The notes beneath the pieces were generated by a model. It saw only the letters and a list, made by a program, of their open reading frames with translations, was not told where the DNA came from and searched no databases. Below, in pieces: positions 59,813 to 64,000 of a DNA stretch of 64,000 nucleotides (position 1 is its first letter; each line of letters starts with the position of its first letter). Origin of the DNA: Amoebidium appalachense. Taxonomy: Eukaryota > Protista > Ichthyosporea. The translations under genes were made by a program, and so were the position numbers. Location: the NCBI GenBank assembly GCA_963693365.1, contig CAVNZM010000001.1, positions 8,882,907 to 8,946,906 on the forward strand, in the 5' to 3' direction.

Positions 59813-60387
59813 TTAGACCATGGTCATAGGCTTCTCCGTGTAGCTCTTGAACGCCTCCAGGAATCGGCCCATCGCCTCGGGGTCAACCACACGCTCGTCA
59901 TAGGAAATCTAAAAATAGACCAGTTAGTGCTGGAACCATGATAGTGGTTTTTTAAAAATAGACCAGTTAGTGCTGGGACCAAACGACTTTCTGAAAATAG
60001 ATCAGCTAGTGCTGGAACCATGATAGTGGCTTTCTAAAATTTAGCCGGTTAGTGCTGGAACCATGATAGTGACTTTCTAAAAAAAGCCGGTTAATGCGGG
60101 AACCATGATAGCGGCTTTTAAAAAATAGACCAGGTAGTACTGAGACATAATAGTGGCTAAAAATAGCGCAGTGATATCATTGTCGTGGTGTTTTGTTTGT
60201 GGAAGCATGGCTGATGGTGTGTGCCATACGTAATATGATATTTGGCCAACTCCATGCAATTCGGTCAGGGGAAGAAAGAAGGAAAAGGCTTGGGAGATAG
60301 CGGGCCATGTTGAATCCACACATCTTTCCCCTTGTGTTGTGGCAGAGGGACCGAGGGGGGGAAGGAGGGGAGGAAGCCGTGTGTGAC

Positions 60388-60419
<32 letters not shown>

Positions 60420-60624
60420 ACGCACGTAAAAGGTAAGAGAGAAGAGAGAGCACCCACAGCTGGGCCTACACGGACGTGTGCATACCTCCCCCCCCCCTCT
60501 CTCCTCCCCCCCTCTCACACAAACACCCATCCACCCGCCCATCCACCCACCCACCCACCCCCACACGCGCGCGTACACACACACACGCATCCACCCCCAC
60601 CCACCCACCCACCCACCCACACAT

Positions 60625-60662
<38 letters not shown>

Positions 60663-60964
60663 ACACACACACACCTTTGCAGTCATAAGTGTTGAGATCT
60701 TGTACGCCACCTCATCACCCTCACCACCGTCCACGGGCACAGGCACCTGTCTGCCAGCGCCCACGGCCATAATTGCAGCCTGGGGGGGGTTTATAACGGC
60801 AAAGAACTCGCTGATGCCAAACATGCCCAGGTTGCTAATGCTGAAGGACCCCCCCTGGAACTCGTGCGGCTTGAGCTTGTTCTCCTTGGCACGCCCGGCA
60901 AGCTCCTGTGGTTTTAAGTGTATGCATGCGTGACGTGAGAGTTTTTTTTTTTTTTTGTGTGTGT

Positions 60965-61009
<45 letters not shown>

Positions 61010-61061
61010 CAGCAAACTGTGTCAGCAGGGGTCACTCCACTCCTCAACTCTTCAACAGACA

Positions 61062-61096
<35 letters not shown>

Positions 61097-61910
61097 CTCC
61101 TCCTCCTCCTCCTCCTCCTCCTCCCTCCCTCTCTCTCCTAACGTCTCCCAACAACAGCGGTTGATAGCAGGCAAAGCCACATAAGCAGCCACAAAGCACG
61201 GAGATGGGGTTTACGGTCTTGGGGAGTTAGAAGTTTTGCTGTGCGTACAAGTGCTTGTTTCTGTTGCATGCCTGTGTGTCTCACAAATACTTTGAAGTAA
61301 TCAAAATCATATGGGTGTGAATTGGAGATATTCCAAATTCTAAGGGGTGTATTCTACGGGGTGTATTCGAAAGATTTCATAGTTATGAAGTCGAGAGTAA
61401 TTAACTGGGGGTATTCGAGAGAATCTTGGAAGTATTAACCTCTTCGGGCAGGCACTAATTGATTTGGCCGGCAGCCGGCCAGCTCTAAACAGCTCTAAAC
61501 AACTCTATTGCGGCTCAAAATCGAACAATAAACTCAAATAAAATGTAAATATCAACACCCATGTCTTATCTTCCTAGGTTTTTAAGTTTGTTTGGGAAAA
61601 ATAGCATTATTTCGTATGCCTTTGTATCTGTTTCTGCATTTCTGAAGTGACTATCTAGGGTCGTTTGCCGGTATGAACACGTTAAAGTTAGCTTGGGCAT
61701 ACCTTGATGGTGTTGCTGATATCGAGCACGGAGAGACCGTCGGCCCGAGGGACGATGGGAGTGATGAGCCCACTGGGGGTGGCCACGGCCACAGACACAT
61801 CGATGGTTTCATTGCGCTTGATGCTGCCCCCTGCAAGCTGGGAGTTGACTGCATGTACGTGTGTGTGTGTGTTCGTGTGTGTTTGTGGGGGGGGGGGGGG
61901 GGGGGGTGGT

Positions 61911-61986
<76 letters not shown>

Positions 61987-62885
61987 CGGAGGTTTAGCAA
62001 TGGGGGGAAAAGGGGGAATGGGACGGGTAGGGGGAATGTGTGTGTGTGTATGGGGGGGGGGGGGGGGGGGGGGGGGGGCTGTATTAGTATGTGTGCGTGC
62101 GTGTGTGGTGTGTGTGTGTGTGTGTGCGTGCGTGTTTGTGTGTGTGTGTGAAAGACATGCGGGGTTGGCTGTTTCTTCTGTTCTCGTTTTTTTTTTCTCT
62201 GGAAGGAGAAGAGGGGGGGGGGGGGGAGGGGTAAATGTGGGTGTGCACGCGGTGTCATCGTGCGCCAAACCTTGCACCGCGTCTCTCCTACTGCTCCAAT
62301 CAGGAATGGTTTTTAAGGGTGTGCTCGTTGGCACTTAGTGGAGAGGGGATATGCATTTAGGTTATTGTGTGTGTTGCTTAATATTATTAGACACTGTTCT
62401 CCTCTGTTCCTCGCTCCCTATGTCCCACGCTCCACCTATTCCTTCATCCTTCCTTCCCTCACTCTCTCTATCTACTACTTTCCTCTCAGGCCCGTTCGTT
62501 TCTCTCGTGGCACAAGCACGTGCATACACTCACACACTCTCTCTACTCTCTCCTCCCTTCCCTCTTCCCCCCCCCCCTCCCCTCCGCGCACCTGCATCCC
62601 CGTCCTTTTCTCTCCATCTCTCCATCCCCCCCCCCCCCCCCCCCCCCCCCCCACACACACACATCTTTTTTCGGCACACATTCCATGTAAATGTTGGACA
62701 CGATGCCTAAGTGTGGCTGTTTTCCCCTCTGCCTCTCTCTGTCCCTCGCTGTCCTTCCTCTTCCTGTCCTGCCCCCCTCCCCCCCCCCCCCCTCCCCCCC
62801 CCCCCCCGGCCAGCACATATCTCCTTCCTTCGCTCCCTCCCTCTCTCTCTTTCTCCCCCCCCCTTTCTCCCCCCCCCCCCCCCCC

Positions 62886-62973
<88 letters not shown>

Positions 62974-63518
62974 ATGTGTGTGTGTATGTGTTTGGGGACC
63001 TACCTTCAGGCACGTCTTTGAGGGCACGTGCAGATGCTCTCACAATGAAGTCGTTGACTGACACCTTCTTGCCAGAGTCTAAACGTGTCCGGCCGGGGGG
63101 AGGGGGGGGGGGGGGGGGGGGAGGTGGGTTAGTGCCGAAACATTACGAGGTACAATTTCACCATGGATATGCAATGTTTGATTTGCAGAAAAAAGGACAC
63201 GGGGCATACGCCATAAGTAGAGCCGATTGAGAGGAACCCCAACACTTCCACTATCCCAGTTTCGGCCCATGGGGAAGGTGGGTGCCAACCACCAATGCAG
63301 AGTCAAGAGAAATTACCAGGAGTCCTGCGAAATGTTCTTGGCGGCAGAATATACACAGGATTGTGTCTGGCGCTGTTTGTAATGCTCATACATTCACAGT
63401 TTACGTGTTTTCTTCCACCACCAGCATCTGCCCCTCCATGCCTCCATCTCTCCCTCTTTCGTCCGCTTCTCTGAATATAATAGTGGTCCCACCACCACCA
63501 CACATACATATGCGTGCG

Positions 63519-63583
<65 letters not shown>

Positions 63584-63704
63584 TCACTCGCTCGCTCACG
63601 CACGCACACACACGCACACACACCTCGACAACCACACGTGGGTCTTTTTTTTGTGTGTGTGTGTGTGTGTGTTCGTGCATGTGTGCATGGTTGTGTGCAT
63701 GTGC

Positions 63705-63735
<31 letters not shown>

Positions 63736-63808
63736 GGGGGGGCAATCACCTTTAAAAACCTTTCGCAGGGTTTCGATCTCGTCCAGATTGACCTCGACTG
63801 ACGCATAG
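59813..63808 (-). CDS. PDHX: Pyruvate dehydrogenase protein X / E3-binding protein (E2-like core domain lacking the catalytic His), 3' part
   Basis: Exons 63808-63750, 63078-63004, 61848-61703, 60905-60675, 59908-59813. [54 protein letters not shown]; the C-terminal SYDERVVDP replaces the catalytic DHRxxDG of DLAT. The 5' exons lie beyond the window. Confidence 0.8.
59909..60170. repeat. ~42-bp tandem repeat, about 6 copies, at the 3' end of the last PDHX intron
   Basis: Unit CTAAAAATAGACCAGTTAGTGCTGGAACCATGATAGTGGYTT, starting at ~59909, 59951, 59991, 60034, 60077 and 60118. Confidence 0.88.
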
Positions 63809-64000
63809 CTGTAAGGGGCAAGAGGGTGGGTTAGATGAAAGCCAGTGGAACGTGTGTGTGTGTGTGTGTGTGTGTTGTTGCGAAGGTGAGTGTGAGTGAG
63901 TGAGTGAGTGAGTGAGTGAGTGAGTGAGTGAGTGAGTGAGTGAGTGAGTGAGTGAGTGAGTGAGTGAGTGAGTGAGTGAGTGAGTGTGTGTGTGTGTGTG

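Noticed and set aside
59813-63808. Annotation as DLAT (catalytic E2)
   Set aside because: The catalytic His of DHRxxDG is absent, and the [24 protein letters not shown] wording fits PDHX better.

Overview
Eukaryotic, intron-rich genomic DNA; a unicellular holozoan such as an ichthyosporean is my inference from the animal-like genes and intron style. Introns are packed with poly-C/poly-G, (CA)n/(GT)n and (CT)n tracts, so almost all ORFs in the supplied track are low-complexity artefacts. Genes I could splice by hand: the 3' part of FAM91A1 (+, <1-9564); a small PX-domain gene (-, 11706-13554); an intronless PLPP6-like PAP2 phosphatase (-, 27595-28236); ARMC8/GID5 (-, 30786-~45000) with an intronic tRNA-Trp; PSMD3/Rpn3 (+, 46823-58618); and the 3' part of PDHX/E3BP (-, 59813->63808). 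Mobile DNA: a young, internally deleted Ty1/Copia element (16088-20140), a MITE with a 6-bp TSD, a three-copy TTAA-MITE family, a ~500-bp repeat array with an inverted copy, and several minisatellites. The two most notable observations are (1) a ~155-nt structured RNA motif in two PSMD3 introns, with compensatory base changes in most helices and a covarying pseudoknot, which I cannot assign to a known family; and (2) a 33-nt copy of the initiator-tRNA 5' half sitting exactly at the Copia deletion junction. No alignments or database searches were run; homology calls rest on recalled motifs.
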